A stretch of DNA of 64,000 bases from a virus. The DNA is taken from IMG/VR virus record IMGVR_UViG_3300020057_000035, positions 1-64,000 of that record; one strand, given 5' to 3'. Position numbers and translations under genes: made by a program. Below are positions 50,901 through 60,865 of the stretch, in pieces (the first letter of the stretch is position 1; the number at the start of each line of letters is the position of its first letter). Under the pieces are notes generated by a model. It did no database searches. It had not been told where the DNA came from and saw only the letters and a list, made by a program, of their open reading frames with translations.

Positions 50901-53852
50901 ACTGCTGACACGTTAGTTTCTACTGAAAAAGGGCTTATTAAGATAATTGATTTAATAAATCAAGATATTAAAATAACAGGAGCAGATGGTGAATTACATC
51001 ATATGTCTCGTGCTTGGAAAACAGGTACAAAAGAAATATTTAAACTTACTACTAAGAGTGGTTTTTCTATTAAATTAACATCTGATCATAAGGTTCTTAC
51101 TTCTTCTGGAGACATTAAAGCAAAGGATCTTACTTCTGATATGAAAATTAAACTTAATAGATTTAATTTTGGTAAAGAACACTTAGATATTAGAATTGCT
51201 GAATTTATTGGACTAGCTGTTGGTGATGGATGTAAAACAACAGATGGAGCAATAACAATTACTCTTTCTCCAGAAGAATATACAATGGCTAAACGAATAC
51301 ATGACAATCTTTCTTCTTTTAAATTAGAATTCTCAGAAGATAATTTAGGAAAAAGAAAAACAAGTATTCATCAGCCTCAAAAAACCCTAAGAATAACATG
51401 TAATACAAAATTAATTAATTCTATTTCAGATAAATTTGCTATATTAAATGAAAAATCTGATAAGAAATTATTTACTGATTCTATTTATTCTTTAGATCAA
51501 GAATCAGTAGCTTCTTTATTAAGAGGGCTTTTTTCTGCTGATGCTACAGTAGCAAATTATGGACAAAAATCACAATATATTTCTCTTGATTCTACTTCTT
51601 TAATTCTTCTAGAACAAGTTCAACTTCTTCTTTTGGGGTTTGGAATTAAAGCTAAATTATATAAAAATAGAAAACTAGCTGGTTTTTCTTTACTTCCTGA
51701 TGGAAAAGGTGGGCAAAAAAAGTATCCCACTAACTGTTTGAGAATTTCTAAAGCAGGAAGAAGATTATTTCAAGAGCACATAGGGTTTTTAGAGGGAAGT
51801 AAAAAGAACCTACAACTTAATGATATGAACTCTACCATTTCTTCATATAGTGAACCATTAGAAGATAATTTTTCTTCACTAGAATATATTGGAGAAGAAG
51901 ATGTATATGATTTAACTGAGGGAAGTACTAATCATTTTGTTGCTAATGGGCTAATAGTACATAATTGCAACGAGTATGTCTGGCATAATAATACAGTTTG
52001 TAATCTGGCTTCAATTAATTTAATAAAATATCTTAAAAATGATAATAGTTTTGATACTGAGACGTTTCTAAACGACTGTAAAATAATGATTATAGCCATG
52101 GATATACTTGTAGATTTGAGTTCATATCCAACAAAAACAATAGAAAAAACCTCCAAAAGATATAGAACATTAGGATTAGGTTTTACTAATCTTGGTGCAT
52201 TACTTATGTCTTTAGGAATAGCTTACGATAGTGATGAAGGTAGAGATATAGCAACATCAATTATGTCTGCTATGCAAGTAGCAGCTATTAATCAAAGTCA
52301 AACTTTAGGTGAAGTATTGGGGTCTTATCCAGCATTAAAAAACAATGTAGATCATCAAGCTTCCGTATTACTGAAGCATTATAATTCGTGGAAAACTAAG
52401 AGTTCTATTTATTCTCTCTCTCAAGATATAGATGAGATTTCCTCATCAGAATGGGGAAACGTTATGCCATACAGTCCACGAAGAAATGCTCAATTAAGCG
52501 TGATAGCCCCGACTGGCACGATATCGTTTTTGATGGATTGCGAAACAACAGGAATTGAACCAGTATTAGCTGTTAATGCTAAAAAAGATTTAGTTAACGG
52601 CGGTACATTAGACGTTGGTGTAGATGAATGTGTAAAAGCAGGGATCAATAGCATTAGAAATAATACAATTAATGGAAAAACACTATCTGATCAATATATT
52701 TTGAATTCATACACAAAAATATTTCAAACTAGTCTTGGTGATAATTCTGTCAGCCCAGAAGGACACGTCAAAATGTTAGCTGCTGTGCAGCCTTTTGTGT
52801 CTGGTAGTATTAGTAAAACCTGTAACGTACCAGCAGAGTCCACAATAGAAGATATAGAAAATATCCATATGTTAGCTTGGAAACTAGGAGTTAAAAATAT
52901 TGCTATATTCAGGGATGGAAGCAAGACATATCAACCAGTTAATCAAATTAAAAAAGAAGAAAAACTTACAAGTGAGGCTACCAACGAAATGCACAAGCTC
53001 ATAGAGGCCGCACGCGGAATCAAGATGTCCGCCGAGGAGAAAGAGCGGCAACGGCGGAGTTTCGCCTATGGCAACACTCACGCTGAGAACGAAAAGATAA
53101 CCCGAGCGACAATAGATGATGCGGCTGACAGGCTGACTAATGCACAAGTTATTAGTGTTACACCTACATTAGATTGGAGTGCAATTACCAACACTACAAA
53201 TACTTCTTCTCATGCCTCTATGGTTATTTCTAGTGTTGCTATTTTCCCTGAACCAAAGGGAACAGTAAGAAGAAAACCAAATGGAACAAGAGTAGGAGAT
53301 ACGCATAAGTTCAATATAGCAGAAGATGAATATTACTTAACTATGAACTATTATGAGGATGGGCTACCTTGTGAGATATTCCTGAGAAATAATAAACACG
53401 GTTCTAATATCGGTGGTTGGGTTGATGCTTTTTCTATTGCAATTAGTTTTGGACTCCAACATGGTGTGCCTATAGAAAAATTCATAGAGCAATTTAGAAG
53501 AAGTAACTTCTTACCTAGTGGTTTAGTAGAAAGCGACTCCAGTATTAAAATGGCAGATAGTCCATTAGACTATGTGGTAAGATGGATAGAGCACAAACTA
53601 CAACACAATAAAGAAGACAAGAGATTTAACAAGAATGTGACACAATTAGATACTAGTACAGTATCCGTAGTCCCTACTTATGTCTCTTCTTATTCTCATG
53701 AACCTGATATTTATCCTAGTTTAAAAACTAATACTAGATTAAGATCTGGAGCACCAACAGAGTGTCCTTTCTGTGCTAGTGATGATATTAGAGATACAGG
53801 AACTTGTTTCACTTGTGGTACTTGCGGAGAGTCTATAGGAGGATGCGCTTAG
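47904..53852 (+). CDS. nrdJ: Class II (B12-dependent) ribonucleotide reductase with three inteins, C-terminal TSCPD-like domain and zinc ribbon
   Basis: FNTPVW, GSGSG, RRAAK, GDPG, NP|C-NE, CNLASINL, IAPTGT, SGSISKT. Confidence 0.92.
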   Translation: MKTVDIKLGDFEKKGISAPDSWSEKAIGIAARIYMTPDEYSIYDLIDRVVNRIVETGERLNYFPQVIKKEEFKYKLRDILLDQKAAFNTPVWCNVGVPHRDEQSWACIQYDTRMLTNRGLEKIGEIENLNRLFYTPNGWSDGFSWKTGTKKTINISLSNGMNITTTLDHKFVVGEALEEAQFLNNFKLEPFLGKGNWINGNDLDLSFIELTKLGYIQGDGCVSNEGWVGYFGEKDNDVRDFFGNEEGTIRSSQETGIYFGKYTSLNKAADLLGLERVSLPNRDLPKNSFTLTPEGMAAFLRGLYSANGYVLVDKKNASRISLKTTSISLAINTQRMLLALGIRSSVNSKKSKNIIWKNGEYISKKAYELNILSNEYKEKFQELIGFIHEYKNNKINTALSTTKRESRYIKIPVVINIEEMEEQEVYDFNVKDNSHVGWANGFAVHNCLILDVKDSMKSIEEGWLIESKTFQGGSGSGVNVSKIRADGEPIVGGGYGSGPISLWMRPTDSIAGVVKSGGKCLAGNQKVYTNNGPKEVKELADSNEKFIVLSYDPPAKRYKAKWASAWKSGQKEVIRITTDKGYFDLSYDHPIRLSDTTVVKTEDLVVGQSLFACSIDESEGYVRVHLRDGKKGKEKLHRLLAKDILNEKIDGMSVHHLDCNKTNNSLHNIAVLTQKEHSAIHATMQVENNSHVFQISTFSHAGIDNGMHSSGTFWSNEEKAKEFRKKKSEELLTRGDAANMQKTAVKQKMINTGFKLINLGCDISTFDSYVSARKTNIGPLGCSTKKIEEKFINQFGGYNNYIKELSNLNHRVVSIESLGIMDVYSVEVECPTLDDKTSESGHNFVIWSNASDSVYGSGIVVFNTRRAAKLICMDVDHPEIMDFIKLKAKAEKMARDLLNLDYDISMTGKDSANIPFQNANNSVRVTDKFMNAVENDLDWETTYRTTGEVAKTYKARDLWYEIAKASWDCGDPGLQFHDTTNAMNSCLNDGEIVASNPCVTADTLVSTEKGLIKIIDLINQDIKITGADGELHHMSRAWKTGTKEIFKLTTKSGFSIKLTSDHKVLTSSGDIKAKDLTSDMKIKLNRFNFGKEHLDIRIAEFIGLAVGDGCKTTDGAITITLSPEEYTMAKRIHDNLSSFKLEFSEDNLGKRKTSIHQPQKTLRITCNTKLINSISDKFAILNEKSDKKLFTDSIYSLDQESVASLLRGLFSADATVANYGQKSQYISLDSTSLILLEQVQLLLLGFGIKAKLYKNRKLAGFSLLPDGKGGQKKYPTNCLRISKAGRRLFQEHIGFLEGSKKNLQLNDMNSTISSYSEPLEDNFSSLEYIGEEDVYDLTEGSTNHFVANGLIVHNCNEYVWHNNTVCNLASINLIKYLKNDNSFDTETFLNDCKIMIIAMDILVDLSSYPTKTIEKTSKRYRTLGLGFTNLGALLMSLGIAYDSDEGRDIATSIMSAMQVAAINQSQTLGEVLGSYPALKNNVDHQASVLLKHYNSWKTKSSIYSLSQDIDEISSSEWGNVMPYSPRRNAQLSVIAPTGTISFLMDCETTGIEPVLAVNAKKDLVNGGTLDVGVDECVKAGINSIRNNTINGKTLSDQYILNSYTKIFQTSLGDNSVSPEGHVKMLAAVQPFVSGSISKTCNVPAESTIEDIENIHMLAWKLGVKNIAIFRDGSKTYQPVNQIKKEEKLTSEATNEMHKLIEAARGIKMSAEEKERQRRSFAYGNTHAENEKITRATIDDAADRLTNAQVISVTPTLDWSAITNTTNTSSHASMVISSVAIFPEPKGTVRRKPNGTRVGDTHKFNIAEDEYYLTMNYYEDGLPCEIFLRNNKHGSNIGGWVDAFSIAISFGLQHGVPIEKFIEQFRRSNFLPSGLVESDSSIKMADSPLDYVVRWIEHKLQHNKEDKRFNKNVTQLDTSTVSVVPTYVSSYSHEPDIYPSLKTNTRLRSGAPTECPFCASDDIRDTGTCFTCGTCGESIGGCA
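48222..49241 (+). mobile_element. Intein 1 in NrdJ (LAGLIDADG type)
   Basis: A|CIQYDT...VHN|C; LGYIQGDG and FLRGLYSANG. Confidence 0.9.
49461..50492 (+). mobile_element. Intein 2 in NrdJ (HNH type)
   Basis: K|CLAGNQ...VVFN|T; VHHLDCNKTNN...EH...H. Confidence 0.85.
50895..51965 (+). mobile_element. Intein 3 in NrdJ (LAGLIDADG type), at the catalytic NPC
   Basis: NP|CVTAD...IVHN|CNE. Confidence 0.9.
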
Positions 53853-54276
53853 TATGATGGACCAAAAACTAATTCAGTGGTATTACTATTTGTACGATTC
53901 ACAGATTGTTGACTTATTAGTAAAACTTGACAAAGAAAATAAAAAGAAGTAATATAACAAACACATACATTATGATGTCTAAAAAAATTAATAAAATGAC
54001 GATATGAAAATTTTGAGGAAAAATGATAGAAGAAGAAACTGTTAAATATTTAAATACAATTATTAAATGTGCAGAGTGTACAGGAGTAATACTTGTAGAA
54101 GAGTGCAACGTTTTGTTTCAACAACGAACATTACATATGAGATGTTTACCTGTTAAAAGACCATCGTGGATTGTGTATACATGTAAACACAGTTTAAATT
54201 GTCATGATAGACCTGTAAATAGAGAAATTGAAAAAGCAAGATCAAATAGAGAAGATGATTCTCGGAAAGTACCAGC

Positions 54277-54477
54277 ATGAGATTAGTAGATTACATAGTA
54301 TCAATAGGGTATATATTTATATTTATTATTTGCGCTATAGCATTAGTAAATCCAGATATTTTGCCATTATTTATAAGAATAGGATTAGCAATAGGATTAT
54401 GTATACCAGCATTAGGGAACTTAATGTTCATGATAAATAATGGAAAAAATAAAGAAACTAACACAGATAGTAGCTGA
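54277..54477 (+). CDS. Small two-TM membrane protein
   Basis: Two hydrophobic segments. Confidence 0.55.
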   Translation: MRLVDYIVSIGYIFIFIICAIALVNPDILPLFIRIGLAIGLCIPALGNLMFMINNGKNKETNTDSS

Positions 54478-54965
54478 ATTAGGTTTAGATATTAAAGAGA
54501 TAAACGCCTTAATAATTAATCTTGAATACTTTATTCCACAATTTGAGAACTACATTCAAGATACAAATACACAAATAGAAATATTGAGAAAAGAAAAACA
54601 GATGATAGAAATGTACCTTCATGTCCAAAGAAATTAAGGGTCCATTTATTCCAAAAGAGATATGCTCTTGTTCTTCTCCTAAAATAGAAAGCTATATAGA
54701 TTTACTAGTTGGTTGGGGAAGAAGATGGTGTGTTTACTGCAACAAGCACTATAAGTGGGGAGTCAAGGATGTTTAGAAGAGACGAAATCGCAAAAGGCAC
54801 TAATAAAATGCCTTGGGTAGAAAGAGTACCGAACGATCTACTTAAGCAAAAACCAAAAACAATAGAAAAATGGTATAATAGAGATAGTACTATTAAATGC
54901 TTTATTTGTGCATTATCTATAGGTACACTAATTAAAGTTAAAGACGGGATTTATACGCATAAAAA

Positions 54966-57473
54966 TTGTCAAGTGAATTAAGTCCAATTGACGCCATAAA
55001 ACAAATGGCGAAAGACAACTTAGCAATATACATTAGTTTAGTTCATAAAACAGATAGTGGAGGAATGGCAATTCCTCCAGCGCATATCTTAAATAAAATA
55101 ATTCCAGTACTAGAAGACGAAACTAACGGACATACACTAATTATTGCTCCTCCCGGTAGTGCAAAAACCAATACAATGATCGCTTACTGTTGTTGGTTAT
55201 TAGGCAAAAATCCTAATTTACATATTGGGTATTTGAGTTCTACTTCTACTCAAGCAACACAAAGATCTGTTGCTATTAGAGATATTATAGATTTAAGTAA
55301 AGAATATAGAGATATATTTCCTTTAACTTTGCCTGATAAAAGTAGAGGATGGGCAGAAGCAGAATGGTTCGTTAAGAGAGCAGATGTAGGGGATAAAAAT
55401 GCCTCTATGATTATATCTGGTACTCCGGGAAACATTCTTGGTTCTAGATTAGACTTAATTGTGTTGGATGACATAGCGGATGAAGAAAATATGGCAACTG
55501 CTTTACAAAGAGCAAAGGTTATTAACTTTCTGCAAAAAACAGTAGATACAAGACTAACTCCATTAGGTAGAATAGTACTAATCTGTGTTACTGGAGACAG
55601 TAAAGTATCTACTAATAAAGGACCAATAGAAATAAAGGATATAAAAATTGGAGATCTAGTTTGGTCTTTAAATGAAAATAAACAATTTGAATTACAAAAA
55701 GTAACAGATCAATTTTCAACTGGGATAAATAAAGTATTTAAAGTATCTACTAGATTGAAAGAAGTAAAGGCCACTGCATATCATCCATTTCTTTGTATTG
55801 AAGATGATGGATCTTTAGTATATAAAAAAGTAGAAGATCTTAAGAAAAGAGATAAATTAGTAGTTGAGCATGAATTACCTGAATATGGAACACCATATGA
55901 ATTATCAGATGGAACATTTACAGACTCTGATTTTATGTGGTTATTTGGGTTTTTAACTGGAGACGGGTGGGTAACTGCTAGAAATAGAGCCGCCAAATGG
56001 CTTGTTTGTATGGCAAAAGGTGTGCATAAAGAAGTTAATGATAAAGCTTTTTCTCTGTTTACTAAATTCGGAAAAAAAGAACCATCCTATACTAGATTTG
56101 GGTATTGGAGATTAGATGATGCCCCTACTGGTAGATACGGATTCAAGAGAAACTTAGGACAGATACTAATAGATGCAGAATTTCAACAAGGAGCATGTAA
56201 TAAATCTGTTCCTGATTGGATTTACACATTACCTAATGATCAACGTAAGGCTTTTATTCTTGGTCTTTTAGCGGCGGACGGACATAAAGGCACTTATTCT
56301 AATAATTCATATATATTATCCTCAGTAAGTAAGTGTTTAGTTGAGAAAACAAGACTGTTAGCTATGACGTGTGGGATTACACCAGCTAAATTACGAGAAA
56401 GCACTAGAATAATACAAGCACCGCACTCTAAAGCCCCGTCTCTTCACACAGAATTCTCTTGTTCTTTTAATTTTGATTATAATGTAAAAAAGAACCATAT
56501 TATTCATAATAATGGTTTACATTATGAGTTTGTTAAAGAAATTGAGTATTCAGGAGAGGAAGAAACTTTCGATATTACAGTAGAAAACACACATAACTTT
56601 GTTGTAGACGGTATGACAACCGCAAATTGTACGAGATGGTCAGAATCTGATCCAGCAGATTGGGCAATGAAGCAAGGCTGGAAAAAAGTACATATTAAAG
56701 CAATAGATGAAGAGGGCAGAGCTTACTGGCCTGATTATTGGCCTATTGAGAGATTAGCTTGTCCTGATAACATACATGGTAAGATTTTATTAACTGATGG
56801 GGGGAACGCATGCTACATGCAACCACTGCCTTCTGGTGGATTTAGACCAATTAACTGCAAGAAAAGAGCAGGTTCTGTTGCTTTTGCTCAACAGTATCAA
56901 GGTGAAGTATTTGACGAAGAAAGCAGTATAATCAAAAGAAGCTGGTGGAAATCATATGAAAAACTACCAGAAAGTACAATAGAAAAACCAATAGATTTAA
57001 TAGGCGGTATCTTTATTGATACTGCACATACAGAAAAAACATATTCTGATTACTCTGTAGCAACTGTCATGTATACAGATGGTAATAAGTTTTATATAGA
57101 AAACTTAATGAGAAAAAAATTAGAATTCCCTAGACTAAAAGATGAAATTAAAATTATTAAATCAAGATATGACTTACCGCTCTATATTGAGTCAAGTGTT
57201 GGTTCCTTAGCTTTAATTTCTGAACTTAAACAAGATTTTCCAGACGTAATAGCGTGGGAAAATAAAGGAAAAAGTAAAATGACCAGAGTACAATCTATTA
57301 TAGGTAAAATAGAAGGCAATGGTGTGTATCTAAAACAAGATTCTCCTTGGGTAGAGGACTTTATATCAGAATGTGAAGCTTTTCCACACGGAAGACACGA
57401 TGATCAAGTAGACGCTTTGTCTATGGGTTTAATGATTCTTGGTCCAAGTAAGATTGTTTGGACTACGATCTAA
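54966..57473 (+). CDS. terL: Terminase large subunit with intein
   Basis: Walker A APPGSAKT, Walker B IVLDD, TRW...D, QQYQG, nuclease IDTA/DYS/HDDQVDA. Confidence 0.9.
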   Translation: MSSELSPIDAIKQMAKDNLAIYISLVHKTDSGGMAIPPAHILNKIIPVLEDETNGHTLIIAPPGSAKTNTMIAYCCWLLGKNPNLHIGYLSSTSTQATQRSVAIRDIIDLSKEYRDIFPLTLPDKSRGWAEAEWFVKRADVGDKNASMIISGTPGNILGSRLDLIVLDDIADEENMATALQRAKVINFLQKTVDTRLTPLGRIVLICVTGDSKVSTNKGPIEIKDIKIGDLVWSLNENKQFELQKVTDQFSTGINKVFKVSTRLKEVKATAYHPFLCIEDDGSLVYKKVEDLKKRDKLVVEHELPEYGTPYELSDGTFTDSDFMWLFGFLTGDGWVTARNRAAKWLVCMAKGVHKEVNDKAFSLFTKFGKKEPSYTRFGYWRLDDAPTGRYGFKRNLGQILIDAEFQQGACNKSVPDWIYTLPNDQRKAFILGLLAADGHKGTYSNNSYILSSVSKCLVEKTRLLAMTCGITPAKLRESTRIIQAPHSKAPSLHTEFSCSFNFDYNVKKNHIIHNNGLHYEFVKEIEYSGEEETFDITVENTHNFVVDGMTTANCTRWSESDPADWAMKQGWKKVHIKAIDEEGRAYWPDYWPIERLACPDNIHGKILLTDGGNACYMQPLPSGGFRPINCKKRAGSVAFAQQYQGEVFDEESSIIKRSWWKSYEKLPESTIEKPIDLIGGIFIDTAHTEKTYSDYSVATVMYTDGNKFYIENLMRKKLEFPRLKDEIKIIKSRYDLPLYIESSVGSLALISELKQDFPDVIAWENKGKSKMTRVQSIIGKIEGNGVYLKQDSPWVEDFISECEAFPHGRHDDQVDALSMGLMILGPSKIVWTTI
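55584..56627 (+). mobile_element. Intein in TerL (LAGLIDADG type, ends Ala-Asn)
   Basis: I|CVTGDS...TAYHP...HNFVVDG.TTAN|CTRW. Confidence 0.88.
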
Positions 57474-57908
57474 ATGTCTTTTCCTATTTACGTGCGCTCT
57501 GGTAGCATTTCTATACGAGATATTCAATCACAAGATCTTATTCAATCTGTTGATCCGGCTTATATATTAGGAATAACAACTAAACTAATTGATAAACTGT
57601 ATGTTGGATTAAATAAAACAATAAGAATAACAACAGAAAACAATCAAATAGTTGTATCAGAAAATCAATTAATACTAACAACAGAATTTAATCCTATATT
57701 AGAAATAAAACACTATATTCTTAAAAAAATAACAGACTTATTATCTGGTGATGAGATTATTTGTATAGACATAGAAAACAAAATAACTGAACAAATAATA
57801 GAAGAAATTACACCAAATAAAATAGAGGAAACGTTTGATATAATAGTAGAAAGGAATAGATTATTTGTTTTGAATGAATTTGTTTTTTCAAATGAGGAAA
57901 TAGAATAA
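57474..57908 (+). CDS. Stand-alone Hint (intein-like) domain lacking catalytic residues
   Basis: G.ISIRDI..QDLI.S, TIRITTE..QIVVSENQ, DL.SGDEI, EETFDIIVE.NRLFVLN. Confidence 0.7.
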   Translation: MSFPIYVRSGSISIRDIQSQDLIQSVDPAYILGITTKLIDKLYVGLNKTIRITTENNQIVVSENQLILTTEFNPILEIKHYILKKITDLLSGDEIICIDIENKITEQIIEEITPNKIEETFDIIVERNRLFVLNEFVFSNEEIE

Positions 57909-57909
57909 T

Positions 57910-58239
57910 ATGAGTAATGACAGCAAACACAGCATTCCTTGTCCGGGTGTAGCACCTATTTTCGGTCATACTATTCCATGTAATAAAATATATCAACATA
58001 ATGGAGCATGTTTAAATTATGAGTTAGTATCATATTGGTGTTGGCCGTGTGAGAGTTTTGGATGTGAACACTTAAGTTCAGAAGAAATTGTTTTTAACAT
58101 AGATCAACAACTAACAACAAGTATGTACACATATATGGTAAATGAACGAGAGAGACAATCAAGAGAGAATATGTTGAATTCTTTCACAAAGACATTAGAG
58201 AAACTAGGAACTACACTTGACAATGAGCTTGAGATATAG
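57910..58239 (+). CDS. Cys/His-rich hypothetical protein
   Basis: ORF track. Confidence 0.6.
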   Translation: MSNDSKHSIPCPGVAPIFGHTIPCNKIYQHNGACLNYELVSYWCWPCESFGCEHLSSEEIVFNIDQQLTTSMYTYMVNERERQSRENMLNSFTKTLEKLGTTLDNELEI

Positions 58240-58271
58240 TATGCTTGTGAAAACTAACGAAACAGGGTGTC

Positions 58272-58646
58272 ATGAGTAGTAAGGATATAGTCGGTTGGGT
58301 GGAAAAGGGGTGGCTCAATTATTGTAATGATTGCGAAAGAAATAAAGAACCAATCTCTTTATATTTTGTAAAATCATCAGATATAAGTAGAAATCCCATG
58401 ATAAGGTATAAGTCTAATCAATTTACAGAGCTACACAAATGTAATGAAATTAGACCTATTTATATTAAACAAATCCAAGAAGTTGTAAAACAGAAATATC
58501 TTAAAGAAGGCAGTAAAGTTAAAATGAAAACTTCTGGTATAGAGGCAGTAGTACATAGAATATTTGCTAGTGGAAGTGTAACATTAAAGGTAGCTGGTCA
58601 AGCAGGTGTTTTAAGAGTAAGAAAGAACGAATTGGAATTAATTTGA
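58272..58646 (+). CDS. Hypothetical protein with C-terminal KOW/SH3-like segment
   Basis: LKEGSKVK....G.EAVV pattern. Confidence 0.55.
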   Translation: MSSKDIVGWVEKGWLNYCNDCERNKEPISLYFVKSSDISRNPMIRYKSNQFTELHKCNEIRPIYIKQIQEVVKQKYLKEGSKVKMKTSGIEAVVHRIFASGSVTLKVAGQAGVLRVRKNELELI

Positions 58647-58817
58647 AGAAATCACTAGAAGAAATATGGGCAGAAAAAACATACAAACTACTAAAGAAAT
58701 ACGAATGGGTAAATGACCACGAGTGTCTTACGTTTTGTATGAGTGGGTATTTAAGTAGTCATGTTCTTAAACATTCTGAAAAATGTGAACTAAATTCTTT
58801 ATTAAAAGAATGGGAAA

Positions 58818-59231
58818 ATGAATAATTTGGAAGAACGAGAACCAGAGATAAAAGAATCAGGACATTATGATCCTAGTAATAAATTAAAAGAAGACACACC
58901 AGATAGTATTTTTCATAGAGCACAAATCTTATTAAAGAATGAAAGCAAATGGTGTCAAAACTCTGTAGCTATAAACAGAAACGGAGAAAAAGTAAGTGCT
59001 TTACATAAAGATGCAGTAGCTTGGGATATCTACGGTGCTATTATGAAAACATGTAACCAGTATAGACCAGATCTTCTTATAAAAACATTAGACTATTTAG
59101 AGACATTAAATCTAGGAAAGTTTAGTTCCATTATAGATCTAAATGATTATGGTACTCATAGTGATGTTTATTGGTTATTGTCAAAAGCGGCAATAGATTA
59201 TAAATTGTGGAAAAAACGTGTTAATTCTTAG
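58818..59231 (+). CDS. DUF6197-like protein
   Basis: RAQILL....WCQ...A...WDIYGA...LND..TH.DV. Confidence 0.6.
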   Translation: MNNLEEREPEIKESGHYDPSNKLKEDTPDSIFHRAQILLKNESKWCQNSVAINRNGEKVSALHKDAVAWDIYGAIMKTCNQYRPDLLIKTLDYLETLNLGKFSSIIDLNDYGTHSDVYWLLSKAAIDYKLWKKRVNS

Positions 59232-60277
59232 TTGGCAAATTTGGCTTGTTGTTTTGTTCATAGTTTTGTTTTTTCTTATTTTAAATGGGATTCGTAATGA
59301 CAGACATTGAATTAAATTTCGAGGGTTATTGTGAGATATGTGATGTTGCCCTCAGAGAAGATGCTATTAGAAAAGGTGAAAGTCTTTGTATAGAATGTGC
59401 ATCAAGAAGAAAGAAATCGCAAAAAACTAAAAGAGAAAAAGATCCTTGGCCGGAGAAGTATTAATATTAAAAGATCTATTGTTTTAGATGTTCTAGTTAC
59501 TTACCAAAAAGAAATAGAAAAACGTAAACAAGAAGCAGTAGGGTATGAAACTTTATTAAAAGAGATAAAATTAAAAATAGGAAAAGTTTCTATTATGATA
59601 GCTGGCCCTTTACATTTAGCAGATAATTGTGTACAGTGTCAAGACGACATTATAGAGGCAAAACTAAATTTAAATTCTGCGTGGGCACTCTTGACAAATC
59701 ATCAAAACAGTGGTCCGCTAGACTCAGACAAAGAAGATACTAGAATCGAACAGCATTAAGAGATTTACAAAATAGCGTAAGTGGACTTAGTTTGTATGTT
59801 GATCAAATACATTCGGGGATTAGGATTAACAATGATTGAAAAAATAGCTAAAATAGAAAAAACACAACTTGGAATTATGAAAAAGAAAGATTTATTACAT
59901 TTAGCTGCGGAACTACTTCAGGGTAGGGGTTGGGACTACGACGACTCAGATGAAACTGTATATTGTCTTAATTGTTTAGGGGAAAAATATATTCACACTG
60001 ATACATGTGAGTTAAAGAAATTTCAAGATCAATTTTTACTTAAATACCCAGATTCTTCCATTACTTTTTATAGATAATGATAAAAGAAAAATTCATGTGG
60101 GAAAAAGTTAATGAAAGAGTTTCTATAATAGAGGATTTAGCTCAATGGTACAAAGAAACAGAAAATAAGTTTTTAACTGGTGAAAATGTGAATAGACTAA
60201 CAGAACTATGCGAAAGGGCACAAAAATTAGTAAATGTTAAATAAAATAACTATTTATATTCCTGAGGGGAAAGCTTA

Positions 60278-60583
60278 ATGAGTGCAGAAGAAGGATCAAT
60301 ATGTCTTACATATATTGGTCAAGTAACATGCTACGGATCAGAAGAGTGTTTATTACCGCCTACTTTTAGATTAGATATTGGTGAGTACTCTGATTGGAAT
60401 GGTGGGGTATACTTGTGTCATGCCCATGCCACTATCGCAATAGAGGAAGCAATTAAAAATAGGTATCAATGGCTTGATTTAGATTATTATAATAAACTTA
60501 ACAAAGAAACAATAGATGGATTCAAACTAGAGCGAGATAATTTTTACTCTGCTGTTAATATAGAGTTGGAAAAAGGAAAGTAA
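60278..60583 (+). CDS. Hypothetical protein
   Basis: GAGG RBS. Confidence 0.6.
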   Translation: MSAEEGSICLTYIGQVTCYGSEECLLPPTFRLDIGEYSDWNGGVYLCHAHATIAIEEAIKNRYQWLDLDYYNKLNKETIDGFKLERDNFYSAVNIELEKGK

Positions 60584-60652
60584 GTATAATGATGGCTTTA
60601 TTAAATGGTCCTTTTAATTGAAATGCAGAAAATACTACGTGCGATAAATGTA

Positions 60653-60857
60653 ATGAATAGTGTACGAGTGCTTTCACTTTTCGACGGAATGTCTGTCGCA
60701 TACACAAGTCCGTAAACTAACTCCTATAGAGTGTGAGAGACTTCAAGGACTTGAGGACAATTTCACAAAAGGTGTTTCAAATACTCAACGTTATAAAATG
60801 TTGGGTAACGCATTTAATGCAGATATAATAGCACATATACTTTCGAATATTAAATAA
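60653..60857 (+). pseudogene. C5-cytosine DNA methyltransferase with large internal deletion
   Basis: MNSVRVLSLFDGMS (motif I) joined out of frame to RKLTPIECERLQG...YKMLGNAF (motifs IX-X). Confidence 0.8.
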
Positions 60858-60865
60858 GGAAAATA

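Noticed and set aside
42397-56000. Minus-strand ORFs overlapping the ligase, NUMOD3, nrdJ and terL genes
   Set aside because: Antisense shadows of well-supported plus-strand genes
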